Source of the DNA: Calcarisporiella thermophila CBS 279.70
Lineage: Eukaryota > Fungi > Calcarisporiellomycota
Direction of reading: 5' to 3'
Assembly (NCBI RefSeq): GCF_041956535.1
Contig: NW_027192216.1
Coordinates: forward strand, 138,274 to 202,273
DNA length: 64,000 nt
The notes under the pieces are model-generated. The model saw only the letters and a list, made by a program, of their open reading frames with translations. It ran no database searches and was not told where the DNA came from. Every line of letters begins with the position of its first letter. Position 1 is the first letter of the stretch. Positions 35,387 through 46,912 of the stretch are shown here, piece after piece. The position numbers were made by a program, and so were the translations under genes.

Positions 35387-36929
35387 CTAGGACACGCCCA
35401 TCATCCGCCGCACATCATCCGCCACCTTCTCCAACTCCTCAGTGATCGCAAAGTACTCATCCAGCAGGGCCCGGAACTCATCACCTGCTCCCTCATAGGC
35501 CGCAAGCTGCACGTCGACCGAATCAAGCTGGTGTTGGAGCTCGGACTCCTTTTTGGCCATGGCTTCTCTGGAGGACATCCAGGTGAGAAGTAGAAGAAGA
35601 AAAAAAAGGTAAGCAAAGGGTGAGAAAGGAGCCCAGAGTCTAGCCTGGACTCACCTGAGGATGCTGAGGGCGGCACGCGTTGGCGCATCATAGATGGACA
35701 TCAAGATAGTAAGCTTCAAGGACCTAGCAAGAGCGTCATGAGTTTTTGTCCCATTTCCAGAGAGAAGAGAAAGCAGCAGGGTCTTGCTGGGGGATTGGAA
35801 CTAAGAGGGAGCGGGCCGGGGGGAACACTTACTTCAGCTTCAAGAAGGTCGAATCAATCATGCACGAGTAGTAATTGTCGTACACCCTGTTCCACGTCAG
35901 GGTATGCTTGTTCTTATACTCGGTGATCAGTGTCCAGAGGATCGAGAGTGATTCTGCCAGAACCTACAGAGGAAAGACATCATCTTGTGCTCCGCGTATA
36001 CAAGCGGACACATCCTATAAAGCTTACATTTACATATTGGGTTATATTCTCGGCCAGTTGGACGCGTTTCGCGCTGAACTCGGAGGAGACGGCGGTATTC
36101 TCTTCGAGCTTGGCTCCGAGCAGACTGGGGAGCTGCGATGCTTTAGCTACGAGGAGCTTGCTGTTGGTCGCTGGGGGGCATAGGGAAAAATTTAGATAGA
36201 GCATTAGAGGTGTGCATTCAGCGGGGCGTCGAGGACAGAAGCGGCCAGAGCACTAACCTTCCTCTAGTTTTCCGAAATGAAACAGAGCGATCGATTCGCA
36301 TTTCTTCTGGAGGCTTTCTTCGATCCGTTCGAGGATGTACTCCTTCGCTTTCTAGTATAATCGGTGAAGGAAACGGTCATGCATGAGGTCCGGGCAATGA
36401 GTAGAGAGTGTGGCCTTACCTCTACTACCTCTTTGTCCGCCTTAACAGCATCTTCCACCTCATTCTCTTTCAACCCTAACAATGTGCAGGATGCGCCGGT
36501 GAAAATCGGATTAGACAAGCATTGGCTTGTCTCAACGCTCATGATAACACGGTCTATTGCGCCGGCAATCTATTCATCTATGATCAATCCTTTTGTATCC
36601 ACTTTGACCTCTGAAAAAGGAATGCATACCCGTCTAAGTTGTATATCAAGGGCCCCATGGGATGCGCTGGCCATTTCTAGAATTGCCTCATAAAGGCTGA
36701 GGGTTTCTAGGTATTCTCTTTTGTGGTGCTTCAATTCATTCTACATGGAGTTTGGGGTCAAAACCCTACACGCCCGAAAGATAATTCTAAGCAAGCATTA
36801 CCAGCTCTGGAGCAGTTTTCAATGATTGTGAGACGCCCGTCGGAGTGATGTGGCGCGAGCGTAAATCGCGATAGAGAGCTGCAAAATTGGGGTGGGATGA
36901 GAGAAGAGATTGGGTGGGATTCATCGCAT
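35387..36929 (-). CDS. HAUS4: HAUS augmin-like complex subunit 4, multi-exon (start codon unresolved)
   Basis: HPNFAALYRDL...TPTGVS; TLLGL; LKLK|SLKLTILMSIYD...AALSILR; LAAYEGAGDEFRALLDEY C-terminal pattern. Confidence 0.72.
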
Positions 36930-37520
36930 TTGATTATTATTTGAGTTGCATCTCACGCTTGAAAGGGGAATTCGCGTCAAATTGGTCGCGTTAAATTGGG
37001 GGGGGGGTCCAAAGTCCAAATTTGAAAAATTTCATTATTCCTGTTTCAATGGGGTTAAAGAGGTAGTGCTGGCCAGCAAGTTAGGCACTTTTCCTAGGTC
37101 AAGCTTGGGTTTGAGCTAGGGGGCCACCAGTCAAAGTGCTTTGGGGATCCTTCTCACCAAGTGTTGGCTGGATGCGAGGAAAGAGACCGAGATGACGCCA
37201 TTTTGTTTTCAACCTAACTCATCTCAAGTTTGAGAGGTGTTTCCACAGGATGAAAAGAAAAATTTCCGCTGCAATCCGAGCATGCAAAGTATACTTGAAT
37301 AAAAAGCCTTCTACTGTGGTCCACTCTCCAGGGGATTCAAGGAAACAAATATATTAGGCCTCAAGAGTGGCCCATTATGCTCAATAGCACGGGAAAGCCT
37401 AACCCAGCGAGTTTATTTTGGGGGCTATATAAAGAGCCCTGTTTCCCCCCCTCCCTTTACCTCAGCATAAAAACCAGTTAAAGCAACCCCTTTCCAAATC
37501 TACCAGTGTACTCTTTATCC

Positions 37521-38288
37521 ATGAAGTCTTTCGTCGTCGTTGCCCTCGCCTTGCTCTCAAGCGTCGCGGCCATCCCCTTTGACAGAGCCTATTACGGAAT
37601 GGCCAAGTCCGGCGCTTTCTGGCAACCCTACATGTTTCCCTATCGCACCACCGGCTTATACGCATACCGCCCCTACGTGTATAAGCCCATTCTAGCGCCA
37701 GATGTAGGGGGGATCTCGGCGGCGGTTGCGATTGGAGCCAAATCGAGGGCGAAAGCATATGTTAGGCCAATGGCTGGAGCGTTCCTCGAGGAGCCCGCCT
37801 TCCGTCCACCGGTCCGCACCCAGCCCGTTGCAGAAGAGATCGGTTTGCAAAAAACCCATGCGGTGGGCGGAATAGCCCGTGAAAGTGCAAAGGCTACTGG
37901 CATCACTTTCCCCTTCGCGAAAACTCATGTTGCTGCCACATCTCATGCTCTCCTTCGAGCCAAGGACGAGGAGGCTTGCCCTGATGATATCCCCGAAAAA
38001 CCACTGCTTTCAGGCGAGACGCCTTTCACTCCTATTCCCCAAAAACAACCGTTAGGAAAGGAGCCCCTTGGGGTGGAGGTCAAGGCCGACCCACTTCCCG
38101 AGATTAAGGGAATCAATATCGAAAAATGCGTGCTCATGGGCATTCCGAAGCCAACCTGCCTGAAAATATATGGAGGCAAAGTGGCCATCCTCGGCCCGAT
38201 CCAGCAGGTGGTGCCGGAGGGTACACATGCCGAGATAAGCCGTGAGGTTTTCCCGTACTCCGCCCATGTGTTTGCAAAAACCCCTTGA
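37521..38288 (+). CDS. Intronless secreted protein rich in Pro/Ala/Tyr/Lys, unknown function
   Basis: Signal peptide MKSFVVVALALLSSVAA; TATATAAA at 37426-37433; 255-aa ORF. Confidence 0.8.
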   Translation: MKSFVVVALALLSSVAAIPFDRAYYGMAKSGAFWQPYMFPYRTTGLYAYRPYVYKPILAPDVGGISAAVAIGAKSRAKAYVRPMAGAFLEEPAFRPPVRTQPVAEEIGLQKTHAVGGIARESAKATGITFPFAKTHVAATSHALLRAKDEEACPDDIPEKPLLSGETPFTPIPQKQPLGKEPLGVEVKADPLPEIKGINIEKCVLMGIPKPTCLKIYGGKVAILGPIQQVVPEGTHAEISREVFPYSAHVFAKTP

Positions 38289-39457
38289 ACACCTCTTTGG
38301 TCAATAATTCTTTCTCGGAAAAAGCCTAAACAAGTCATAAACGTGTAAGCCCTCTTTACCTTTGCTCTACTTTTCTCCTCTTTTTTTTTGATTCCCAGTA
38401 CGGATTCCCAATTTCGCTTGCTGAAATAAAGGCTCTCCCTAACAAACTGCAATACTTCTGGGAGAGAGGAGGGGGAGCATTGTTTCTCAGTAATGCTAAA
38501 TAGCGGCTAAATCGGGAACCCGCAGCGAAACCCCTCCTCTTCACTAGATAAAGCACTCATAGAGCACCTGATACCAGAAAAAAAACATTTAATACACCCA
38601 TATCCTGGCTCCTGGCCACGATAGACTTACCCATAGATCATCTCTCGCGATATTTCTCACCGAATGCAACTATAATTCAGCCTCTAAGGGGTCACAGCTA
38701 TTCCCAATCATGATTCGCTTGCTTTCTTTTTTTGACTTGGGCCAATTCAGATGCAAGCGTCCACATGCATCTTCATGTCTGATAAGGGGAGGGGTTCACC
38801 TATTCAGTTTGACAACGTAAGCAACCTCTCTGGCAATGCATTAGATAAATGCATATCTCATCTCCACATCTTCTCATGCTGCTGCATGTTGAAGCATGCC
38901 CACCTTCAGCGACCCCAGAGATATTAAATCTGTCAAAGCAGTTAGACATGAGAACATTTGAGACTTTTCTACCTTGACCTATTTTGCCATGCCTGCGAGA
39001 AGCGCTATGTTGGTTCATTATGTTTTATTACGTGATATAATTCATCTTATTCCCTCAAAACACTGTACAGAGAAAAGAAGACAAATAAATAACAAAAGGG
39101 GAGACTCAATCAAGAGTAGGCGCCATAACAAATGAGAGAGAGAAAAAAAGCCGAAGCTTCCCATATGAAGAAAATTACAATGATTGAAGAAAAAAGAGAA
39201 TTAGTAGAAAGTAAGAAAGAAAAAAAAAATAAAACATAAAAACAATCAATAAGGGACTTAGCGATGGGGGAAATCAAGAAAAGGAAAGAGAAGAAAAAAA
39301 AAGCCCAAAAAGTGTAGGAAAATAATATTAATGAGAAAAAAAAGTAAGAAAAATTAGGAAACAGCTAGTAATCATAAAAGCAGAAAAATGTTTAATAATT
39401 TAATAGTAAGAAAAAAAAAGGCGTGATAAAAAAATGGGTCAAGGGGGGGGGGGTATC

Positions 39458-40888
39458 CTAGAATGCTACGTGCATTTGCCTCTCGTCCATTCCCATAATA
39501 GCAAAATCGGGTTTGATGTCGTCGTGGAAAGCAGGACGCCCTGCAGCAAGGAACTCGGGCTTGCCTCCAATGCCTCCACTTGCATTGGGCGCCCATTCGC
39601 CCATCGGGCAGGCGCAGTTAGAGGAGGCCCCGGAGGGGACCTCGAGCAGGAACTGATTGATTTCATCGCTGGAAATCGACTCGGAGTTGAGCAGGAAGTC
39701 GGTCATGTTCAGGGTGGAGAACGAGACGTAGGGGTGGTCGACGCCGATCATGGTGGAGAGCGAATGGCTACTTTCACTCTCAGCAGTGCTCAGAGGGCTC
39801 AAACCCTCGACCGGCGAGGTCTCTTTCTCCTCTTCGCTGCTGCGACGTTCCATGGACAGAGGCGGGGGGAAGAAGTGCTGCCGCGGGTGTTGCTCGGGTT
39901 GCTCTTGGGGTGGCAGAGAGGACTCCTGTGGTTGCCGATGGTGTGGCTCTTGCTCTTGTTGCGGGTGCTGCGGTGAGTGCTGTTGATGGTGGTGGTGGGG
40001 GTGGGGGTGCTGGGGTGATTGCTCTGGATGCGATGGGGGTATCTGTGAAGAGTGCTCGTGCGACTGGTGATGAGAATGGTGATGGAGTGGGTCGTGGTGC
40101 GGCGTTTGCTGTGGAGTGGAGGGCGGAAAGGAGAAGGAGAGATTGTGGAGCGGTTGAAGCTGAAGATGGTTGAAGCCCGCGAGGAGGGGAGAGATGGGCT
40201 GCGAGGGCGGGGAAAGGAGCGGCTGTGTTGTAGGCGAGGGGAGGGACCTGGCAGGCGATGCCACCGAGCTCGACGCGGTCGTACAGCTGGAGGGCTTGAG
40301 CGAAGATCGGCGCGCATTGCACAGGGGACACTGCCGGACAAACCGCGCAATGAGCTCCTTGGGGATCCAGGAATACTGGCGCCGAACCTGGTGCGAGCAA
40401 AAGTTTTCAATTGTCAGTCCATGTCGTGAGAGGAGAGATTGTTGGAGAGTAAAAAGAAAAAAAAAAGGCAAAGGAGCACAAAGGCGCAGGTCACATACCA
40501 ACGCGGAGGTTTTATCCCTTCCGCCGTGCGAAGCCTCTCTATGGCACTTGACCATGATTTCGTACATTTGCTCCCTTACGGCCACCGGCTTTCCCTCATG
40601 GTAGACGCGGTCCTGCACCAGGGTGAACATCTTCTTGGCCCAGAATCGGAACTGTGCCGTCGACATCTGCGTGTTGCGCGGATTGAGCAGCACGGCAAGC
40701 ACCTGTCGATACATGGCGCGGGTCAGAATGGCCTTGTCGCGTTTCTTTGGCGAGAGGGATTCCAGGTAGTCGTCCACGATCGCCTCGAACTGGCTCTCTG
40801 TTGGGAAGCTGTTAAGCGTGGGGGCGTTGAGGTAGCCAAACGAGGGGGATCCGCTAAACTGGTTGCAGTAGGCTTCATAGTATTCCAT
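39458..40888 (-). CDS. Protein with integrase-type H2C2 zinc-binding domain and His/Gln/Pro-rich tail; one in-frame intron (40498-40388)
   Basis: CHREASHGGRDKTSAL|VRRQYSWIPKELIARFVRQCPLC; upstream AQFRFWAKKMF; no integrase catalytic core. Confidence 0.85.
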   Translation of the reverse strand: MEYYEAYCNQFSGSPSFGYLNAPTLNSFPTESQFEAIVDDYLESLSPKKRDKAILTRAMYRQVLAVLLNPRNTQMSTAQFRFWAKKMFTLVQDRVYHEGKPVAVREQMYEIMVKCHREASHGGRDKTSALVCDLRLCAPLPFFFLFTLQQSLLSRHGLTIENFCSHQVRRQYSWIPKELIARFVRQCPLCNARRSSLKPSSCTTASSSVASPARSLPSPTTQPLLSPPSQPISPLLAGFNHLQLQPLHNLSFSFPPSTPQQTPHHDPLHHHSHHQSHEHSSQIPPSHPEQSPQHPHPHHHHQQHSPQHPQQEQEPHHRQPQESSLPPQEQPEQHPRQHFFPPPLSMERRSSEEEKETSPVEGLSPLSTAESESSHSLSTMIGVDHPYVSFSTLNMTDFLLNSESISSDEINQFLLEVPSGASSNCACPMGEWAPNASGGIGGKPEFLAAGRPAFHDDIKPDFAIMGMDERQMHVAF

Positions 40889-42224
40889 GTTCTATTTTGG
40901 AGATTGTCTATCGATAAGCGACGGGAAGAAACTCGGTCTAAAGGTGTGGTCAGCCTAGCCAGAAACAAGCACAGGGGGGGAGAGGCGATGGAGAGAGTGT
41001 GAAAGAAAGGTGAGTAAAAGATTAGAATAGTAAAAAAAACACAAAGATAAGATAAAAAAAAACGGAAAGGGGGAATTTGAGCAAGACGAAAGAGAGAAAG
41101 AATGGAGGGGGGAAAAAAGGGAAAGGTTAAAGGAGATATCGACTGAAATGAAGGGCGGGGAACGCGCACGGTAGCAATCCAGAAATGGGCAAGATAAATT
41201 CCTGGACCCTTCGAGGAGGAAATTCGATATTTCATGCCAATCGATGCAAACCCCGCGACTGGAACGTAACGAAAATACGCAATGGCTCCCCATGGCCTTG
41301 AAGAAATCGGCCAGCCCTCCAATCTCCATCGAGAGGGCCTTGTACGTCTGAATTGCAATCCCTACAAGCCCGGCGTGACTGAGTGGCCCATTGCTCTGCC
41401 CTACCTTCATTGGGTGGCTTTTCCCTTCGGCTATAAAGACCAACAAAGTTACCTCTGTTCCGCCACCTTACCTGTAATAAAAGACACGGGGATCCGATAA
41501 TACCGTTCTACCTTGTGGTGAGGCCAGGCTCAATTCTCTTGAAGTCACTTGTGCACGCCATCTCGGCACTTCATCAGCCATCATTCATCCTCATCATGCA
41601 CTCCTGCTCATCCAGAGGGCACCCGGAAAATCGTCCGATCCACCCGCCAGCAAACTAAAAACAAGAACGAGTTGGCATACTCCATCGGAAAGTTTTCAGA
41701 CCCTTAAGCTTACTTGAGGGGGGTGGGGGGTATCGGCGAGACAGCGCCCGGAGCCGCGGAGGACTCCAGGACGGCATATATGGCTGCGTCATTACCAAAT
41801 CGCTCTGATTAAACCTTGAGGTTAAACTTTAGAGTTATATGAAAAGTAGAGATCAAACATGGAGTAAGCACGCGCAGGGAAGCCGAGCCGGCGCAGTGCT
41901 GTGGCGTGGTGCTCCCATCTCTTTTTAATCTTGCCTGCGTCCCCGCATACCACCACATCGAATAAAATCCATACTTAATTCCGTCCATTCAACTTGCTAA
42001 ACTCTCTTTTTTTTTGGGAGCCTGCCTCCTCCCTCATCCTCTCCTTTTCATTCGGTGGCCATCCTTTCCCAGCTACTTTAACATGCATTCTCTCCCATTG
42101 CCCTTTCCTTCCCCATCATTAATCTCTATTCTCAATATCTATTTCACTGTCTAATTCATCTCGATCCTATTATTACGGCCTCGACGCTACACTCCCCCCC
42201 CCCCCCACGACACTACCCTCCACC

Positions 42225-43671
42225 ATGGGAAACGGGTTTTCGAGCTTGTTCATTCAGAGACGCTCCCCCTCTTTTTCTGAGCCGCAGTCGAACGTGCAAT
42301 GCTTCACTCCATGCTCTCAATTGTGCCGCTTCTTGTTCCGCGGACGCATTCCCTCCTACCTGCGGCCCGCAAAGCGAAACTCTCGCAGTTTGCTACGGCA
42401 GGTCGAGGAAGACAAGCAGAATAAACGGAATGCGCAGCCGGCCGTGACATCCACTGTAACAACAAACCAGCGAAGCTTCAACCTCAAGTTTCGAGAGGGC
42501 AGGAGCTACACCGAAGGACAGACCTATCTCTTCCCCGTGGATAAGGAAGAAGCAGCCAGACTGATAGACGAATACTATACCCTGCGGGCAGCATTTCAGT
42601 GGTAACCATTAGTTTGACCAGTTGTATCTCGACTTCTTTAGTAATGATTTGAATTGCTTTTCGTTGGGGGGGGGGGGGGCGGGGGGGATTGGCAGCCTCT
42701 ATTTTGTTCCGATAGAAGAGGGCCTTAAAAGCGGACTTCGAGTATTGGATATTGGGTACTCTGCGTTCTTGGACGCGGCTATTGGCTTGCCTCTTTTACT
42801 AATGTTCTGGTGATCATTCTATAGTTGTGGGCCGGGCTTATGGGCCTTGCAAATGGCAAGCGACTACCCCAACTCCGAATTTATCGGCATTGACGTGCAG
42901 TCCATGATGTTCCCTCAAGAGCTCTGGCCCGACCTCAGGATGCCCTCCAATCTCAAATTTGAACTTGTTGACATTCTGAGAGGACCCTTGCCGTACCCCG
43001 ATGCAACATTTGACTTTGTCCACCAGCGCCTTATGAACCTGGCCATCCCCAAGCGCCAATGGCCTGACGTGATAAAGGAGTTGAAGCGGGTCACTAAGCC
43101 TGGTGGATGGATACAGCTTCTGGAGGCAGATATAGAACCGCACCCGCAGGGAGTGACAAATAAGCAGCTTTCGTACAAGAGTAATATAATATTGTTGAGC
43201 CCAGAGTTTCCTTTCCCCCCTTTAGTGCTAATACCGCTTTCCTTTCATTGCCCCTTACTCTATGTTTATTTGGTTTACCCTGCTATCCAAGTCTTCCATG
43301 CAATCATGGCCCGCGGTATCGATCCACACATATCTCGTCGTATCGATCGCCTGCTTGCGGACTCACAGATTTCCGACCTCGAAAGTTTCATTATCGCAAC
43401 TCCGATCGGTGACTGGGGAAGGGATATCGGACGCATGCTCAAAAATGACGGGATGAAGGCCATGAGTACCTGGAGACCCTGGCTATGCCAGGCTACGGAC
43501 ACGCCGACCGATGAATTCGACGCTATGGTTAAGGAGGTGGAGAGAGAATGGGAGGAGAACAAGAGTAACGTCCATTTCCACGTGGCCTATGGGCGCCGAC
43601 CTCTGGAGGAGGCGATAACGAGCTCATCGGGTGGCATTACGGTTGATTTCGAGCCGGGCCAAGTAGACTAA
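42225..43671 (+). CDS. Class I SAM-dependent methyltransferase, LaeA-like, multi-exon
   Basis: YLFPVDKEEAARL; VLDIG|CGPGLW; FIGID; LPYPDATFDFVHQR; RVTKPGGWIQLLE; TPIGDWG; VAYGRRP. Confidence 0.92.
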
Positions 43672-45014
43672 TGCTGGAAAAGCGAGGAATCATGGGAGGA
43701 CAGGGCAGAGCAGAAGACGCGTGATCGTTAGCCGAAATGGCCTAGAAGTGGAGATAAGATTCTGAACACTGAAACTCTTTGAACATATAATCTCGTTTTC
43801 ACCATTACATATTGTATATATTTTAACTATTTTCCTATCCTATTTCTTTCCATCTTGCTGCTATTTCAAATTTTCAACAATGATACTCTCTTTTACTTCT
43901 TCCATTCGTCCAAAGTGCCGTTTCAAACCTCCTCTGCAATACGACCTAGCTAACGTTGGGAGTCAAGGGTAGAGAAAGTGACATGCAGCAGTTGGATTTA
44001 ATTGCTCATTTGTTTTTTATTTAACAATTAGAAACATATCACATGCAACTATGGTGAAAATGGGAAGCTTTGCAAAGCGCAAGGAATTGTAATGGCATGA
44101 CTGGGTGTTAGGGGTGCATATTTCCATGGCTACCATCTCAAATCCAGGTCGAGCGGCACCCTGTTTCTTTTGGTGATATCTCATTGAGCCTATCAGGGAA
44201 GCGAGATTGTAATAAGATATCTATCCCAAGTAGAGCCAACTGTAGTTGAAAATATTAAGGCCGAAGTGCCTTAGCAGCGTGTCGAAGATTAAATGCACAT
44301 GGCCCGAGATTTTATGCATGTACATGTCTGTCAAGTCATGCCTGTAAACATCCTATTATACTACATGACAGCAATTAGGCAGACGGCCTTCCTATAAGTG
44401 GAGAAGTCATGGGAATTTCACCTACTAACCATTACCCTAATATTGCATGTTTGGTAATGCCGTTTACATTTTAAAGAAGCGGAAGGAATTTACATAGCTA
44501 TATTTCAATAGCAGCGAGGGGCCTAAGGTAAATTCAATGGGTTTTCTTCCTTTTAGGAGCAGATCCTTATATTCACTTGATAATTCCCGAATAGGACAAA
44601 GGGGTAGATTTGAACTTCAATATCACTCAGACACAACCTTTAGTCTCTCGTTTGTATCGGGCTTCTCCTTAGGGCCTCTTGCTATCTATTATTGTAGCTG
44701 CAGGATGTTGCACTACTATGGTTAGCCATTGAATCCTAGAAAATCACGCTCTGGGGTCACCTTCGAGAACCAAAACCGCAGGCTAGTAATTCTACTCCTG
44801 AAAACAAAATTTTTCGGTCAAACTTGGACCAGATTATCGAGAAATAACCCTAATTGAACACATTGGTTGCAAATAGCCCAAAAATAAGTTACTCAAATTG
44901 GGTGGGATTGTGAGACAGATATGGCATTAATAATATTACTGCTTACATGGTGTAAGAATATATCAAGTGATAGTAATAGTGTATATTAAATTTTGAGGGT
45001 TTAAAGTGCCTACC

Positions 45015-45296
45015 TTTTTTTTGATCAAAGTGAGCCTTTATTGTTTAAGAAGACTCTAAAGTACAATCGTTACATTATTAAAAGTAATAGAATGAGAGAA
45101 AAGCTAGATATTAACGCGGTATTGCAATTCGGGGTAAGTTGATTATAACGAATTTTCTCTTCAAATGGGTAGATGGGTAATAAAACTCAACTAACTGTGG
45201 GTATTAGGGAACGACTTGATAAGTGATATGGAGAGAGAGATATGAGGGAAGAGAAGGGGTAGTAGTAGGGGCTACTGCGTCAATCCAGTTCTAGAG
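45015..45296 (-). mobile_element. Second copy of retroposon element B (longer 5' extension)
   Basis: 45015-45245 is the near-identical reverse complement of 16314-16535, including the GATC(A)8 tail. Confidence 0.88.
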
Positions 45297-45312
45297 CCGC
45301 GTCAAAAAAAAT

Positions 45313-45915
45313 TTTTTTTGNNNNNNNNNNNNNNNNNNNNNNNNNNNNNNNNNNNNNNNNNNNNNNNNNNNNNNNNNNNNNNNNNNNNNNNNNNNNNNNN
45401 NNNNNNNNNNNNNNNNNNNNNNNNNNNNNNNNNNNNNNNNNNNNNNNNNNNNNNNNNNNNNNNNNNNNNNNNNNNNNNNNNNNNNNNNNNNNNNNNNNNN
45501 NNNNNNNNNNNNNNNNNNNNNNNNNNNNNNNNNNNNNNNNNNNNNNNNNNNNNNNNNNNNNNNNNNNNNNNNNNNNNNNNNNNNNNNNNNNNNNNNNNNN
45601 NNNNNNNNNNNNNNNNNNNNNNNNNNNNNNNNNNNNNNNNNNNNNNNNNNNNNNNNNNNNNNNNNNNNNNNNNNNNNNNNNNNNNNNNNNNNNNNNNNNN
45701 NNNNNNNNNNNNNNNNNNNNNNNNNNNNNNNNNNNNNNNNNNNNNNNNNNNNNNNNNNNNNNNNNNNNNNNNNNNNNNNNNNNNNNNNNNNNNNNNNNNN
45801 NNNNNNNNNNNNNNNNNNNNNNNNNNNNNNNNNNNNNNNNNNNNNNNNNNNNNNNNNNNNNNNNNNNNNNNNNNNNNNNNNNNNNNNNNNNNNNNNNNNN
45901 NNNNNNCCCTCCCCC
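45313..45915 (-). mobile_element. Probable SINE insertion(s) hidden in the assembly gap (N 45321-45906)
   Basis: Right gap edge reads GGGGGAGGG on the minus strand (SINE head); left edge reads C(A)n tail; flanked by direct repeat CCGCGTCAAAAAAAAT at 45297-45312 and 45915-45930. Confidence 0.72.
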
Positions 45916-46001
45916 CGCGTCAAAAAAAATGTTAAAAAGGTAAAAAATTAAAAAAATTAAGGATTCTCTATGTTTTGGGGGGGACTGAATTATGTGTAAC
46001 A

Positions 46002-46074
46002 GTTCCTATGGTCTAGTGGTTAGGACATTCGCTTTACACGCGAAGGATCGCCGGTTCGAACCCGGCTAGGGACA
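46002..46074 (+). tRNA. tRNA-Val(TAC)
   Basis: GTTCCTA/TAGGGAC acceptor stem; anticodon arm TTCGC-TTTACAC-GCGAA; T arm GCCGG-TTCGAAC-CCGGC; T run downstream. Confidence 0.97.
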
Positions 46075-46616
46075 TTCGTTTTTCTTTTGATCACAAAAGC
46101 CTTTAATCTTTAGGAAAACTTTTCCTATTGAATTTTAATAGTTGGGCTAAGATTAGCTTGAAATGTATAAACCATATTACAATAGATATTGTCAATAAAA
46201 AAGGTTAAGCCGTATTTTCTATACTTTAATATGCCAACCGTCGATGCTAGAGAGTATTTTTAAGGAAATTTGAGTTAAAACAAGGCTGGAGATTTTGGAG
46301 AGGAAATGGGCAGGATCATAGTTTCGGTAAAGGGAATTTATTTGCTATCCTATAGTTTTGGGGGGTATTTTCATAAATAGAACGCTCAATCTTCAGTTGT
46401 TTTTTATAATCAAAGGTATCAATTTTCAGATATTTGATGGAGCTTTTATTGAAAAATATCTAGCAGGAACACAAATGGTATCCACGATTTCTTCTTAACC
46501 AAATATTATTATTAGGAGAGCGACGCGTGGAAATGAAAGTAAACCTAAAAAGAAGAAGGTGGAAGGTTAGAGTATTCTCATTAACTTTTGAATAAGCAAA
46601 TGATAGAATAAATATA

Positions 46617-46700
46617 GTTCAGGTGTTTATACACTGTTAATCTCATTAGATAACTTCGAAATGAGCTGGGTTAATCACAGTGTTGAAGGGTCATCATGAA
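46617..46700 (-). ncRNA. snR71: Box C/D snoRNA, snR71/U29-like (LSU Am2946, yeast numbering), copy 1
   Basis: C box ATGATGA; guide AACCCAGCTCAT complementary to LSU GUGAGCUGGGUU; variant D' TCGA; C'-like ATGAGA; D box CTGA. Confidence 0.82.
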
Positions 46701-46828
46701 AAAAGTAAAAAAAAAAGGATATGGAGACTCACCTATAGAAATTGTAAACAAGATATCTATAAAATAATAGAAAGAAGAGTGAGAAAACCCCTACAACACT
46801 ATATTGACTACAAAATTGCTAAGAAATA

Positions 46829-46912
46829 ATTCAGGTAATTATACACTGTTAATCTCATTAGATAACTTCGAAATGAGCTGGGTTAATCACAGTGTTGATG
46901 GGTCATCACGTA
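46829..46912 (-). ncRNA. snR71: Box C/D snoRNA, snR71/U29-like, copy 2
   Basis: Near-identical duplicate of 46617-46700 (C box GTGATGA, same guide, D box CTGA); identity is confined to the C-to-D interval. Confidence 0.82.

Noticed and set aside
27742-40604. Numerous overlapping antisense and alternate-frame ORFs
   Set aside because: Shadows of GC-rich real genes; no recognisable motifs.
45291-45935. ORFs of about 205-210 aa spanning the N run
   Set aside because: Artefacts of translating an assembly gap.
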